Source: an uncultured Gemmatimonadales bacterium
GTDB lineage: Bacteria; Gemmatimonadota; Gemmatimonadetes; Longimicrobiales; RSA9
Direction of reading: 5' to 3'
Length of the DNA stretch: 64,000 bases
Assembly (NCBI GenBank): GCA_963783305.1
Contig: CAWAMW010000007.1
Span: forward strand, 480,001 to 544,000
Notes under the pieces: model-generated
The model's input: only the letters and a program-made list of their open reading frames with translations
Database searches by the model: none
What the model was told of the DNA's origin: nothing
Part shown: piece by piece, positions 1-9,889 of the stretch
Position numbering within the stretch: the first letter of the stretch is position 1
How the letters are laid out: each line of letters opens with the position of its first letter
Translations under genes and position numbers: made by a program

Positions 1-165
1 CGACCCGACATCAAGGGCCTCGCCGTGCCGGGCATGCCCATCGGCTCGCCCGGAATGCCGGGACCGAACCCGCAGGCCTACGACGTCATCGCGTTCACCG
101 GGGACGGCGAGCGGTCCGTCTTCGAGCGCGCCGAGCCGGTTCAGCTCAGGAGCGACACCAGGTAG
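1..165 (+). CDS. DUF411-family putative metal-binding protein, C-terminal part only (5' end outside window)
   Basis: Frame 1 reads RPDIKGLAVPGMPIGSPGMPGPNPQAYDVIAF...TAG(163-165); GLAVPGMPxGSPGM is the DUF411 signature. Confidence 0.8.
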   Translation, partial: RPDIKGLAVPGMPIGSPGMPGPNPQAYDVIAFTGDGERSVFERAEPVQLRSDTR

Positions 166-1409
166 ACGACACCCAGGGCGCTCAGCGACACGATCGCCAC
201 CCACGTCACCCCCCGCAGCACGGCCCCGGGGCGGTGCTCCGGTGCCACCGCTCGACTGGTCACCGCTCGCAGGTTCAGGTACCCCAGCAGCGGCGCGGTC
301 AGGAACGTCACGATCGTCGCGAAGTCCACCATGTCCGTGAGCGACCCCGCCAGCAGCGCCAGCACGGCGGGCGTCACGATCCCGATGACCAGCATCGCGA
401 TCCAGTAGCCGGACCCCGTCTCTCGCCGCTCCACTCCGCCCGCGTCGCGCCCCCTCAATACCTCCAGGGAACGGGCGATCCCGCGGGGGAACCCGTCCAC
501 CACCGTGAGCGATGTCGAGAACATGGTCGTCAACACCGCCACCAGAACGAACGGCCGCGCCCACGCGCCCAGGGTCTCCGAATACAGCTCCACCAGCTGG
601 AGCGAAAACACCGCCCCCGCCGGGCTGAAGCTCTCGCCGCTCCCGTACAGGACGGCCGCCCCAAGCGTCAGGAACGCGAACGCCATGATCCCGGTCCCCA
701 CGTAGCCGATCCGGAAATCGAGCAGCGCGTCGGCCACACTCGTCCGCACCTTCTCGCTCTCGTCCTTCGCCAGCGTCCAGAGCGAGTTCCACACCGAGAT
801 GTCCACCGCGGACGGCATCCAGCCCACCAGCGCGAGCACGAACGCCAGCTCCACCAGTCCGCCGCTCTCCGCCGGACCGATCGGAGGGATCAGCGCCAGC
901 GTCCCCAGGTCGGCCCTCGGCAGCGCGTACCCGGCCGCGACCAGCGTCGAGATCGCCAGCAGCACCAGCACCCCCTTCACCGTCCGGTCCAGAAGACGAT
1001 ACCGGCCCACCCACAGCAGCCCCGCGCACCCGGCGTACAGCAGCCCCGCCGCCCACCACGCCGGCCACTCCAGGCCCACCACCGAAAGCACCAGGAACGC
1101 CGTGAACAGAAGGATCGCCGCGTCCACGATCACCGACGTCACGAGCGTGATGGCGAGGTACACCCAGACCGCCCACCGGCCGATCCCCGCGTACCCCTCC
1201 ACCAGGCTCTCGCCCGTGGCCGCGGCGTACCGGGGGCCGAACTCGAAGAACGGGTACTTCAGGATCAGCGCCGCCACGATCACGCCCGCGAGTCCGAAGC
1301 CGGCGTCCGCACCCGCACGTGTCGACTGCACCAGGTGCGACACGCCGATGGCCGCGGCCGCCCACAGCAGGCCGGGCCCGAAGCTCTTCCAGAACGTGGT
1401 GGGTATCAT
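141..1409 (-). CDS. NRAMP-like divalent metal / APC-superfamily transporter
   Basis: GPGLLWAAAAIGVSHLVQSTRAGA, LKYPFFEFGPRYAAATGESL and TMFSTSLTVVDG motifs; about 11 hydrophobic segments. Confidence 0.85.
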   Translation of the reverse strand: MIPTTFWKSFGPGLLWAAAAIGVSHLVQSTRAGADAGFGLAGVIVAALILKYPFFEFGPRYAAATGESLVEGYAGIGRWAVWVYLAITLVTSVIVDAAILLFTAFLVLSVVGLEWPAWWAAGLLYAGCAGLLWVGRYRLLDRTVKGVLVLLAISTLVAAGYALPRADLGTLALIPPIGPAESGGLVELAFVLALVGWMPSAVDISVWNSLWTLAKDESEKVRTSVADALLDFRIGYVGTGIMAFAFLTLGAAVLYGSGESFSPAGAVFSLQLVELYSETLGAWARPFVLVAVLTTMFSTSLTVVDGFPRGIARSLEVLRGRDAGGVERRETGSGYWIAMLVIGIVTPAVLALLAGSLTDMVDFATIVTFLTAPLLGYLNLRAVTSRAVAPEHRPGAVLRGVTWVAIVSLSALGVVYLVSLLS

Positions 1410-1444
1410 GAGGCGCTATTTCCAGGTCGCTGAAAGGGGGAGGC

Positions 1445-1720
1445 GGGAGCGAACGGTCGCTCGCGCTCCCTGTCGATCGCTTCGCTGCGCTCGCTGGTCG
1501 ACCGCGTCGGCCTGCGGCCTCCCGGGTCGATCTCCGCTGCGCTCCCTCTTTCTCCGGTGTCCCCGCCGATAGTCGCAGCGGCAAGGCACAGGTGCGTGCC
1601 CCGCCCCGTCGACGCCGCGCGTAGCGCGGGCGCCTCGCGCAAAGCGCGGGCGATCGACCCCCCGCGCCAGCGGGTCCCGAAGGGAGCGCAGCGACCGCAG
1701 GGATCGACCCTCGCTCCCTC
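1445..1720. repeat. REP-like imperfect palindromic element between divergent genes
   Basis: GGGTCGATC(1524-1532)..CGCTGCGCTCCCT(1535-1547) is inverted to AGGGAGCGCAGCG(1681-1693)..GATCGACCC(1702-1710); more GCTTCGCTGCGCTCGC-type motifs nearby. Confidence 0.55.
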
Positions 1721-1820
1721 GACTTCTTCAGCCGCAGTGCAAGCTGCACCCGTAACTAAAGTCTCTGCCCCTGCCGCCGAAACTGCCCTTCGAACGGCAC
1801 GCCCACAACCTTGGCACCGG

Positions 1821-4157
1821 ATGCCCATGACCATGGTCACTTCCACAGGCACGGCCACCGCACCTCTCCCTCGGGAGGTCCGAGAGCCGCTGCCGGACGA
1901 GGGCCATAAAGCATACGCCTCGCTCCTCGAGTCCAGCCCCGATATGGCCTGGACCAAGGATAGTCTCCTCCGCCTCACCTCCTGCAATGCGGCCATGGCG
2001 GCGGCGATTGGCGCGCCGACGTCCGAGATCCTCGGCCGCACGATCCTGCACCTCCTTCCAGCCATGGTGGCACGCCCCATGGAGGAGAGTGACCGGCAGG
2101 TCCTGCAAACCGGTCGCCCCGTCACAATCGAGGAGCGCATCACCACCCGGGGCATCGTACGGATCATCGAGACCAGCAAGAGCCCGATCCGCGATTCGCG
2201 CGGTCGGATCACTGGCCTCCTCGGCGTCTCTCGCGACATCACCGCGCGCCGGGAGGCCGAAGCACGGCTCCACGGGAGTGAAGAGCGATATCGCACTCTC
2301 TTCCACGACGTCCCCGTCGGTCTCTACCGCACTCGCGCCAATGGTGAGATCCTCCACGTGAACGCGATTCTGGCCCGGATGTTCGGCCATGAGGATCCCT
2401 CCGCGCTCGAAGGTGGGACCCTCTCTCTCGACTATTACGTCGACACCGCCGACCGCGACCGCTGGCGGGCGATTCTCCAGCGCACGGGCACGGTACGCGG
2501 GTTCGAGATGCGCCAGCGCACTGCCGATGGTCGCACCATCTGGGTTCGTCTGAACGGTCGCGCGCAGCGCAGCGCCGACGGGCGCGTCCTCTACTACGAG
2601 GGGTCCATCGAGGACATCACCGAGCTCCGCGCGGCCGAGGCCAGCGCCCGCCACTCCGCGGACACTCTCAGCACGATCCTCGAGGCCGCACCGGTCGGCG
2701 TGATCGTCATGGATGCGGACGGCCACATCGACATGTGGAACGCCTCTGCCGACCGCATCCTGGGCTGGCAGGGCAGGGACGTGCGCGGGTCGACCTTCCC
2801 GTTCCCCGATGCCGCCACCGGCCCGGACCTCCGAGCGCGCCTCGATGAAGTCACCCGGCTCGCTCGCGTGGTTCGCGTCGAGGGGACCGTAGCCCATCCC
2901 GATCAGCCGGTCCATGTGGCCGTTTCGCTCGCGCCCCTACCGGCCAGCGACCAGGGTGCGGCGGGCGTGGTGGCCGTGGTCGACGACGTTACCGTGCAGC
3001 GATCCCTCGAGGACCAGCTTCGCCACGCCCAGAAGATGGAAGCCGTGGGCACGCTCGCCGGCGGGATCGCACACGACTTCAACAACGTCATGACCGCCAT
3101 CGGCGGCCATGTGGAGCTGCTCCTCGATGACATCCCCGACGAGCACCCGCACCACGCCGATCTGACCGAGATCCGGACCGGAGTGGACCGCGCCGCCGCC
3201 CTCACCAAGCACCTCCTCGCCTTCAGCCGCCAGCAGGTGCTGCAGCCCCGCGTCCTCGACCTCCGCCACGTCGTTCAACGCGTCGAGCCCATGCTCCGAC
3301 GGCTCATCCGCGAGAACATTCGCCTCACCACCCGTCTCGGCGATCACCCTCGGTGGGTACGCATCGACCCCAATCGGATCGAGCAGGTGATCATTAACCT
3401 GATCGTCAATGCGCGCGACGCCATCTCGGGCCCGGGGTCGATTGAGATCGGCGTGGCCGACAGTACTCTCGGCGCCGACCACGGCGAGCACGGTCTCCCA
3501 CCAGGTCGCTACGTCCACCTCACCGTCAGCGACACCGGCTCGGGCATCGATGCCGCTACCATGGGTCACATCTTCGATCCCTTCTTCACGACCAAGGAGC
3601 CGGGCGCCGGCACCGGACTCGGCCTCAGCACGGCCTACGGCACCATCAAGCAGAGCGGCGGCCACCTCGGCGTCTGCAGCACGCCCGGGGAAGGCGCCAC
3701 GTTCGAGATCGTGCTGCCCCTGTTCGCCGCGCCGGCCGAGCCGGAGTCCGCGGCACCGGTCCGGCCGAGCCCCCACCTCAGCGCCGGAGAGACCATCCTC
3801 CTCGTCGAGGATGAGCCCGCGGTACGGGAGCTGGCCCGGCGCGTCCTCCACCGCGCCGGCTACGTCGTCCTCACCGCCGACCGACCCTCCGCGGCCGAAG
3901 CCACCCTGGCCCGCGGCACGTCCATCGATCTCCTCGTCACGGACGTCGTGATGCCCGAGATGAACGGCGATGCCCTCGCCCGCCGCATCCGGACCTCGCT
4001 GCCCCACATGCCCGTTATTCTCATGAGCGGATACACCGGCGACGACCTCGCCGGCGACGGCGCGATACTCCCCAACAGCACATTCCTCGAAAAGCCCTTC
4101 ACACCGGCTCGCCTCGTTGCCGTTGTGGGCGCCGCCCTCTCCAACGCCCGCCACTGA
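1821..4157 (+). CDS. Multi-PAS hybrid sensor histidine kinase with C-terminal receiver domain
   Basis: Three PAS/PAC segments, AGGIAHDFNN H-box, FDPFFTTKEPGAGTGLGLS, ILLVEDE...DVVMP...KPF receiver; start is uncertain (ATG 1821/1827). Confidence 0.92.
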   Translation: MPMTMVTSTGTATAPLPREVREPLPDEGHKAYASLLESSPDMAWTKDSLLRLTSCNAAMAAAIGAPTSEILGRTILHLLPAMVARPMEESDRQVLQTGRPVTIEERITTRGIVRIIETSKSPIRDSRGRITGLLGVSRDITARREAEARLHGSEERYRTLFHDVPVGLYRTRANGEILHVNAILARMFGHEDPSALEGGTLSLDYYVDTADRDRWRAILQRTGTVRGFEMRQRTADGRTIWVRLNGRAQRSADGRVLYYEGSIEDITELRAAEASARHSADTLSTILEAAPVGVIVMDADGHIDMWNASADRILGWQGRDVRGSTFPFPDAATGPDLRARLDEVTRLARVVRVEGTVAHPDQPVHVAVSLAPLPASDQGAAGVVAVVDDVTVQRSLEDQLRHAQKMEAVGTLAGGIAHDFNNVMTAIGGHVELLLDDIPDEHPHHADLTEIRTGVDRAAALTKHLLAFSRQQVLQPRVLDLRHVVQRVEPMLRRLIRENIRLTTRLGDHPRWVRIDPNRIEQVIINLIVNARDAISGPGSIEIGVADSTLGADHGEHGLPPGRYVHLTVSDTGSGIDAATMGHIFDPFFTTKEPGAGTGLGLSTAYGTIKQSGGHLGVCSTPGEGATFEIVLPLFAAPAEPESAAPVRPSPHLSAGETILLVEDEPAVRELARRVLHRAGYVVLTADRPSAAEATLARGTSIDLLVTDVVMPEMNGDALARRIRTSLPHMPVILMSGYTGDDLAGDGAILPNSTFLEKPFTPARLVAVVGAALSNARH

Positions 4158-4251
4158 GAACGCGCTGCCCCCGCCACTCCACGGATTGCCAGTCACGCGC
4201 CCTTGCCGTTACCGTCCTTCCGCACGAGCGCTTGCAGAGGCAGCTGAGCAC

Positions 4252-4349
4252 GGGGGCGGATCGGGTCTGGTGGCCTGAACGGTCTTCAAAACCGTCTGGC
4301 CCGGCGTAAGAACCGGGTTGGTGAGTTCGATTCTCACACGCTCCCGCCA
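4252..4349 (+). tRNA. selC: tRNA-Sec (anticodon UCA)
   Basis: ACGGT-CTTCAAA-ACCGT anticodon arm, 6-bp D stem with 4-nt loop, long variable arm, GTGAG-TTCGATT-CTCAC T arm, 8-nt acceptor, G discriminator plus encoded CCA. Confidence 0.95.
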
Positions 4350-4433
4350 GCTCCCCCCCCCGGAACCGGTCCGTCAGGAACTTGCACCGTCGGGGAGCGC
4401 CGAACCGGACCGACCCCTCACGACCCTGCGACC

Positions 4434-5351
4434 ATGCTCGAGATCATCAAGACCGCGTTCCGTGACTTCAAGGACGACGAAGCTCCGCGCCTCGCCGCCG
4501 CACTGTCCTACTACACCATCTTCTCACTCCCGCCCCTCCTGATCCTCCTGGTCATGATCGCCGCCCTCTTCTTCGATCCCCAGGACGTGCAGGGGCGCCT
4601 GGTCCAGGAGATCGGGGGTGCCATCGGGCCCCAGGCCGCCGAGCAGATCAGGGCCATGATCGAGCACGCCGACCGCCCGGGAAGCGGGGGTGTCGTCATG
4701 ACCGTCCTCAGCGTAGCCGCGCTCATATTCGGCGCCACGGGCGCGTTCGGGCAGCTGCAGGCGGCGCTGAACAAGGCGTGGGAGGTCGAGAAGGACCCGG
4801 AGCAGGGCGGACTCCTTCAGATGGTCACGAAGCGCGTTCTGTCCTTCGGGATGATCCTCGTCATCGCGTTCCTGCTCCTGGTCTCGCTCGTCCTGAGCAC
4901 GCTCCTGGGCGCCGCGGGCGGTGCCGTGGCCTCGCTCCTGCCTGCCGGACTCGGTTCGGCCGCGCTCTGGGCGGTGGACATCGGCCTTTCCCTACTCGTG
5001 ATCACGGTCCTCTTCATGGCCATGTACCGGCTCCTCCCGGACGCCGAGATCGCATGGAAGGACGTCTGGCACGGCGCCCTGGCCTCCGCCGTGCTCTTCG
5101 TCCTCGGGAAGTTCCTCCTGGGCTTCTACATCTCGCACAGCGACCCCGGCAGCGCCTATGGCGCCGCGGGCTCCCTCGCCGTCATTCTCGTCTGGGTCTA
5201 CTACTCCGCCATGATCTTCTTCTTCGGCGCGGAGTTCACCCAGGCCTACGCGGAGAGCCGCGGCTCCGGGATCCGTCCCGACGACGACGCCGTCCGGGTC
5301 GTCGAGGAGACGCGCCGCGAGCCCAGTGCGCAGGACCGCACGCGCGGCTGA
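4434..5351 (+). CDS. YihY/BrkB virulence-factor family membrane protein
   Basis: LAAALSYYTIFSLPPLL and SAYGAAGSLAVILVWVYYSAMIFFFGAE signatures. Confidence 0.93.
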   Translation: MLEIIKTAFRDFKDDEAPRLAAALSYYTIFSLPPLLILLVMIAALFFDPQDVQGRLVQEIGGAIGPQAAEQIRAMIEHADRPGSGGVVMTVLSVAALIFGATGAFGQLQAALNKAWEVEKDPEQGGLLQMVTKRVLSFGMILVIAFLLLVSLVLSTLLGAAGGAVASLLPAGLGSAALWAVDIGLSLLVITVLFMAMYRLLPDAEIAWKDVWHGALASAVLFVLGKFLLGFYISHSDPGSAYGAAGSLAVILVWVYYSAMIFFFGAEFTQAYAESRGSGIRPDDDAVRVVEETRREPSAQDRTRG

Positions 5352-5369
5352 GACCGCCCGACGGCCACG

Positions 5370-6152
5370 CTACCGCCAGTCGTTCCCTATCCAGCTACCG
5401 TACATGGGGTTCGGCAGGACGAAATACCGATCCCCGAACGGCGCCAGCGCCTCTGCCGGTGCGCTCCGGAGCCCCTGGTCCAGGTCGGGAAAGTCGCCGA
5501 TGTTGTCGCCGATCCACATGACGATGTCCAGCGGTGGGAGCCCGGCGCCGGTCGCGCCCTCGCGGACCATCTGGAAGCGCCCCTCCTTCTGGGACGTGTC
5601 CGTCTCGCACAGCACTACCGCCGGCTCGATCCCCAGCGCCTCCAGGTTGCGCACCGTCGCCGGACACAGCGATGCGTCCCGGTTCGTCACGATCGCGACC
5701 CGGCCACCCAGCTCGTTCACGCGCTCGATGAACCGGTCCGCTCCGGGCACCACCGTCGCCGCCTCCTCCCGCACCCACTCCGACCACATCCACTCCTCGA
5801 ACTCCTCGCCCGTCTCTGCGATGCGGCGCTGGAACTCGCTGTTGTCCAGCACCGTCTCATCCGCGTCCAGGATCACCGCCCAGCTGCCCGCTACCCGATC
5901 CGCGGCCGCCGCTGTCAGCCTCTCCGCAGCACTCCCGTATACCTGCTCCGTCAGCGCGCGGTACTCCGCAGCCGTTCGGACCCAGTGGACCTCCCGGTGC
6001 CGCAGCGCGGCGTTCGCCGACGACGGCGCCTCGTACCCGGGGGTCCCCGCCCCCACGTCGGGGTCGGCGGGCGCCGGCGCGGGACCGGGAGCAGGGAAGT
6101 GCGGAGCGCAGGCGGTCGCCAGGACCAGCAGGAGTGGAGCGACGAGTTTCAC
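5370..6152 (-). CDS. HAD class C acid phosphatase / 5'-nucleotidase lipoprotein e(P4) family
   Basis: GTG start at 6152 after GGAG; lipobox LATAC; DADETVLDNS, VTNR, GDNIGDF and LPNPMYGSW motifs. Confidence 0.9.
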   Translation of the reverse strand: MKLVAPLLLVLATACAPHFPAPGPAPAPADPDVGAGTPGYEAPSSANAALRHREVHWVRTAAEYRALTEQVYGSAAERLTAAAADRVAGSWAVILDADETVLDNSEFQRRIAETGEEFEEWMWSEWVREEAATVVPGADRFIERVNELGGRVAIVTNRDASLCPATVRNLEALGIEPAVVLCETDTSQKEGRFQMVREGATGAGLPPLDIVMWIGDNIGDFPDLDQGLRSAPAEALAPFGDRYFVLPNPMYGSWIGNDWR

Positions 6153-6345
6153 GATCGGGTCTCCAGGTGCTCGGGAAATCGCTTGAACGTGGACGTGCAT
6201 GGGAAGATAGGCGCAGCGCCCCGGCCCCGCAGTCGCCCGGCTCGTTCCGCTATGGCCGCGCCCCCGACCGGCGCACTAGCTTGTGGCCCGCGGGCGCACC
6301 CACCACGTTCCGCGCACCAGCCCTCGAGACCCGCAGGACGCCGCC

Positions 6346-7008
6346 GTGAAGATCCAGCGTATCGAGCATCGCCCCAGCGTGAACCGCGCCCGCCTGCGAT
6401 TCGAGGATGACGCCGCCCCGGCCCTGGAGATCGCCGTCGATCTCCTCCTGCGCGAGGGGCTTGCCCCCGGCGATTCCCTCACCTCGGAGCACCGGGCCGC
6501 ACTGGAATCGGCCGACGAGGAGTATCGTGCACGCGAGGCCGCCCTCTCACTCCTCGCACACCGCGCCCGCGCCCGCGCCGAGCTCCGCCGCCGCCTTGCA
6601 CGGAAGGACTTCTCCGATACGGCCATCGAGCAGGTCCTCGCCTGGCTCGATGACCGCGGCTACATCGATGACCACGCCTTCGCCCAGGCTTTCGTGAAGG
6701 ATCGCCTCCGACTCCGCCCCAAGGGCCGCAGGGCGCTCCGGCAGGAGCTGCGGAAGAAGGGCGTGGCCGATTCCACCGCCGACGCCGCCATCGACAGCGT
6801 CATGGGTGCCGAGGACGTGAGTGAGAGCGAGCTCGCGAGCCAGGCCGCCCGCTCCTGGGTCCGGAAGAACGGCTCCGCTGTACGCGCCGCGGCCTCCGAT
6901 CGCGAGGCCCGCCTGAAGCTGCGCCGCCGCCTCTACGGCCACCTCGCCCGCCGGGGCTTCGGCGGCGAGGCCGTACGGATCGCCATCCGCGCCGCGCTCG
7001 ACGATTGA
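6346..7008 (+). CDS. recX: Regulatory protein RecX
   Basis: ALSLLAHRARARAELRRRL, GYIDDHAFA, GRRALRQELRKKGV and LARRGF repeats; GTG start inferred. Confidence 0.88.
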   Translation: MKIQRIEHRPSVNRARLRFEDDAAPALEIAVDLLLREGLAPGDSLTSEHRAALESADEEYRAREAALSLLAHRARARAELRRRLARKDFSDTAIEQVLAWLDDRGYIDDHAFAQAFVKDRLRLRPKGRRALRQELRKKGVADSTADAAIDSVMGAEDVSESELASQAARSWVRKNGSAVRAAASDREARLKLRRRLYGHLARRGFGGEAVRIAIRAALDD

Positions 7009-7044
7009 CCTCGTCACAGCGGCGCGGTAGCATCTCGCTGAACC

Positions 7045-7087
7045 GTAGACGTAGACCGCGAACCGCGAACGGGCGCTCTACGACTAC
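7045..7087. repeat. Short GTAG-containing palindrome with internal heptamer duplication
   Basis: GTAGACGTAGA(7045-7055) pairs 10/11 with TCTACGACTAC(7077-7087) and encloses CGCGAAC x2. Confidence 0.45.
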
Positions 7088-7131
7088 TCGTGGAACGCCC
7101 TGCACTCCAGAACCCCAACGGTGACGCCGCC

Positions 7132-8067
7132 ATGCCCACAGCCCGCGTGATCCTGAATCCCACGTCCGGGTCCGGCCGGGGACGGCGCATGGCGGAACGC
7201 ATCATCATCGGACTCGAGCGACGGGGGATCGAGGCCGACATTGTCGCCACCACCGCCCCCCGTGAGGCCTCGAGGCTCGGTCTCGAGGCCGCCCGCTCCC
7301 GCGTCGACCTCGTCATCGCCGCCGGCGGGGATGGCACCGTCCACGAAGTGGCGAACGGCATCCTGAAGGCGCTCTCGCAAGGCGTCGATGGCCCCGCACT
7401 CGGCGTTCTCCCCGTCGGCACGGGAAACGATTTCGCCAAGCTCATCGGGCCCCTCAAGGACCTCGACCGCTCCATGGATATCCTGGTCGATGGCGAGCTC
7501 CGTCGACTCGACGCCTGCACCGCCGAATGGGACGACACCCGGCACTGGTTCGTCAACGCCGCGGGCACCGGCCTCGACGTGGACGTCGTACGCCGCATCG
7601 TCCGGGCCCAGGGCCGGCCTTCGCCCGCCATCATCAAGTACCTGGGTGCCGTGCTCATGTCTCTCGTCCGCTACAAGGCGATCCCACTCCGAATCCGCCT
7701 CGATGACCAGGTCATTGAGCAGAAGGTCACCATCGTGGTCGCCGGAAACGGCCGATGCGTCGGGGGCGGGTTCTGGGTCTGCCCACAGGCGCAGCCCGAC
7801 GACGGCAGGTTCGATATCTGCATGGTGGACGAGGTCAGCTATCTTGGGGCGCTTGGACCGCTCGCCAGGGTCATGCGAGGGACGCACGAGGGGCATCCGA
7901 AGGTGAAGATGTATCAGGCACGCGAAGTGGAGATCGAGGCCATGGGGGCCGCGCCGCTGTTCTTCCAGCTCGACGGCGAGCTCCACGAGCCGCCGAACGC
8001 CCGCACACTCACGCTGCGGATGCATCCAGGGGCGCTCCCGGTGATGACCCAGAGAGCGACCGGGTGA
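7132..8067 (+). CDS. Diacylglycerol kinase-family (YegS/DAGK) lipid kinase
   Basis: ILNPTSG, AAGGDGTVHEV, LPVGTGNDFA and QLDGE motifs. Confidence 0.92.
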   Translation: MPTARVILNPTSGSGRGRRMAERIIIGLERRGIEADIVATTAPREASRLGLEAARSRVDLVIAAGGDGTVHEVANGILKALSQGVDGPALGVLPVGTGNDFAKLIGPLKDLDRSMDILVDGELRRLDACTAEWDDTRHWFVNAAGTGLDVDVVRRIVRAQGRPSPAIIKYLGAVLMSLVRYKAIPLRIRLDDQVIEQKVTIVVAGNGRCVGGGFWVCPQAQPDDGRFDICMVDEVSYLGALGPLARVMRGTHEGHPKVKMYQAREVEIEAMGAAPLFFQLDGELHEPPNARTLTLRMHPGALPVMTQRATG

Positions 8068-8069
8068 GC

Positions 8070-8759
8070 ATGGCGAGCCCACGCGGCCGGGCCCTCCTCT
8101 GGGCGGCGGTCACCCTCTGCGCCGTCGCTCCCGCGGCGGCCAACGCCCAGATCGCCGACACCACACAGGTCCCCGTGGACTCCGTGATCGTCACGCCTGG
8201 CGCCCGACCCGTCCTCATCTCCGACGCGCCCGACACTACGCCCGGGCCCATGACCCCCAGGGGCGCCTTCATCCGCTCCATGATCGTGCCCGGCTGGGGG
8301 CAGGCGGCGTTCGATCGACCCGTCCGCGGCGGCGTCTACTTCGCCGGATGGGCCGCCAACTGGTTCATGATCTTCCGCAATCAGGTCAGGCTCGACGACG
8401 CACGGTCCCGCTTCGATCGGCGAGTGGACCAGATCGAGGTGCAGCTCGTCGCCGAGTCACCGAACCCCGATTCCCTGCAGGCCGTGCTCGACAGCGTTCC
8501 ATCCGTCCTCGAGGCCGCGGTGCGAGCTGATGAGGGCCTGGGGAACACGGGGAACAGCCTCCGCAAGCTGGTCCGCGCCCGCGAGCAGCAGCGTGAGGAC
8601 TGGATCGCCTGGTCCATCTTCTGGGTCCTGGCGTCCGGCGTCGACGCCTATGTGACCGCGCATCTGTCCGACTTCCCGGCCGACATCGACATCCGCCGAA
8701 ACGCCGACCGCTCCCTGTCGCTCGGGCTCCAGCTACCCCTGCCACGAAGCCGACCATGA
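8070..8759 (+). CDS. Exported membrane protein, DUF5683-like
   Basis: Signal peptide, PRGAFIRSMIVPGWGQ and GVDAYVTAHL motifs; stop overlaps the murI start. Confidence 0.7.
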   Translation: MASPRGRALLWAAVTLCAVAPAAANAQIADTTQVPVDSVIVTPGARPVLISDAPDTTPGPMTPRGAFIRSMIVPGWGQAAFDRPVRGGVYFAGWAANWFMIFRNQVRLDDARSRFDRRVDQIEVQLVAESPNPDSLQAVLDSVPSVLEAAVRADEGLGNTGNSLRKLVRAREQQREDWIAWSIFWVLASGVDAYVTAHLSDFPADIDIRRNADRSLSLGLQLPLPRSRP

Positions 8760-9622
8760 CGTCGCTCCACGCCGCCGTGAGCCGCGATCGGCCCATCGGC
8801 ATCTTCGATTCCGGGTTCGGCGGCCTCACCGTGGCCGCCGCACTCCACGAGCGCCTCCCGAACGAGTCGCTCCTCTACTTCGGCGACACCGCGCGCGTCC
8901 CCTACGGCTCCAAGTCCCCCGCCGTGGTCCGCGGGTTCTCCCGTGAGGCCGCCCGCCTCCTCCTGTCCCGCGACATCAAGCTGCTGGTCATCGCCTGCAA
9001 CACCGCGACGGCCCACGCCGAGCAGGCGCTCAGGGAGGAGCTGGAGATCCCGGTCGTGGGCGTGATCGAGCCCGGCGCATCCGCCGCGGTCGCGGCCACC
9101 ACCACGGGCCGCATCGGCGTCCTCGGCACCGCGGGCACCATCGCCTCCGGAGCCTACGACCTCGCCGTGCGCCGGCGCCTCGGCGAGAGCGGCCGCGTCT
9201 ACGCCCAGCCGTGCCCGCTCTTCGTACCCCTGGTCGAGGAAGGGTGGACCCACCACCCCGCCACCGCCCTGGTCAGCCGCGACTACCTGGCTCACCTGAA
9301 GGAGGTGGACGTCGACGTGCTGATCCTCGGCTGCACCCACTACCCGCTGCTCCGCGAAGCCATCCAGAACGAGATGGGGCCCGACGTGCGGCTCGTGGAC
9401 TCCGGGGAGGAGACCGCGCGGGCCGTCGAGCGGCTCCTGCGGGAGCACGATATGGAGAATACGGGCCAGACGCCCCCCACCCGGTCCTTCATCGTCAGCG
9501 ACTCGCCCGGCCGCTTCCGCGACGTCGGCCGGCGCTTCATCGGCGACCTCCTCACCGAGGTCCACCACGTCGACATCGACAGCCTCGCCATCCACCTCCA
9601 GCAGCTCCGGCCCGAACGCTAG
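8756..9622 (+). CDS. murI: Glutamate racemase
   Basis: IGIFDSGFGGLTV, VIACNTA and LILGCTHYP catalytic motifs. Confidence 0.97.
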   Translation: MTSLHAAVSRDRPIGIFDSGFGGLTVAAALHERLPNESLLYFGDTARVPYGSKSPAVVRGFSREAARLLLSRDIKLLVIACNTATAHAEQALREELEIPVVGVIEPGASAAVAATTTGRIGVLGTAGTIASGAYDLAVRRRLGESGRVYAQPCPLFVPLVEEGWTHHPATALVSRDYLAHLKEVDVDVLILGCTHYPLLREAIQNEMGPDVRLVDSGEETARAVERLLREHDMENTGQTPPTRSFIVSDSPGRFRDVGRRFIGDLLTEVHHVDIDSLAIHLQQLRPER

Positions 9623-9720
9623 CTCCCGCGCCGGGATCCTCCCCCGGTGCACCGCAGGCGGAAACCACAACCGCGTTGTCACGGAGCACTCGGAGAGGGC
9701 GGAGGACTCAGAGAAAGGCG

Positions 9721-9889
9721 TGACACGAAGAGCTCGAAGGGTCGAAGAGCACGAATCGGGTTGGGAAGGTACACCGCGAACCCGAACGTGCCGGTAACAA
9801 ACAACAGATCCGGATTTTGCTTGTTTCCGGCTAGCCGAAGGCTCCCGTTGACTCTTCGACGCCTTCGTTCCTTCGAGCCCTTCGTGTCA
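9721..9889. repeat. MITE-like inverted-repeat element between convergent murI and lpxH
   Basis: TGACACGAAGAGCTCGAAGG(9721-9740) is inverted 19/20 to 9870-9889; inner GTCGAAGAG(9741-9749)/CTCTTCGAC(9852-9860); lower-GC core. Confidence 0.7.

Noticed and set aside
4350..4433. Genomic island integrated at selC or tRNA-Pro
   Set aside because: No integrase and no duplicated tRNA 3' end (att site) seen in the window
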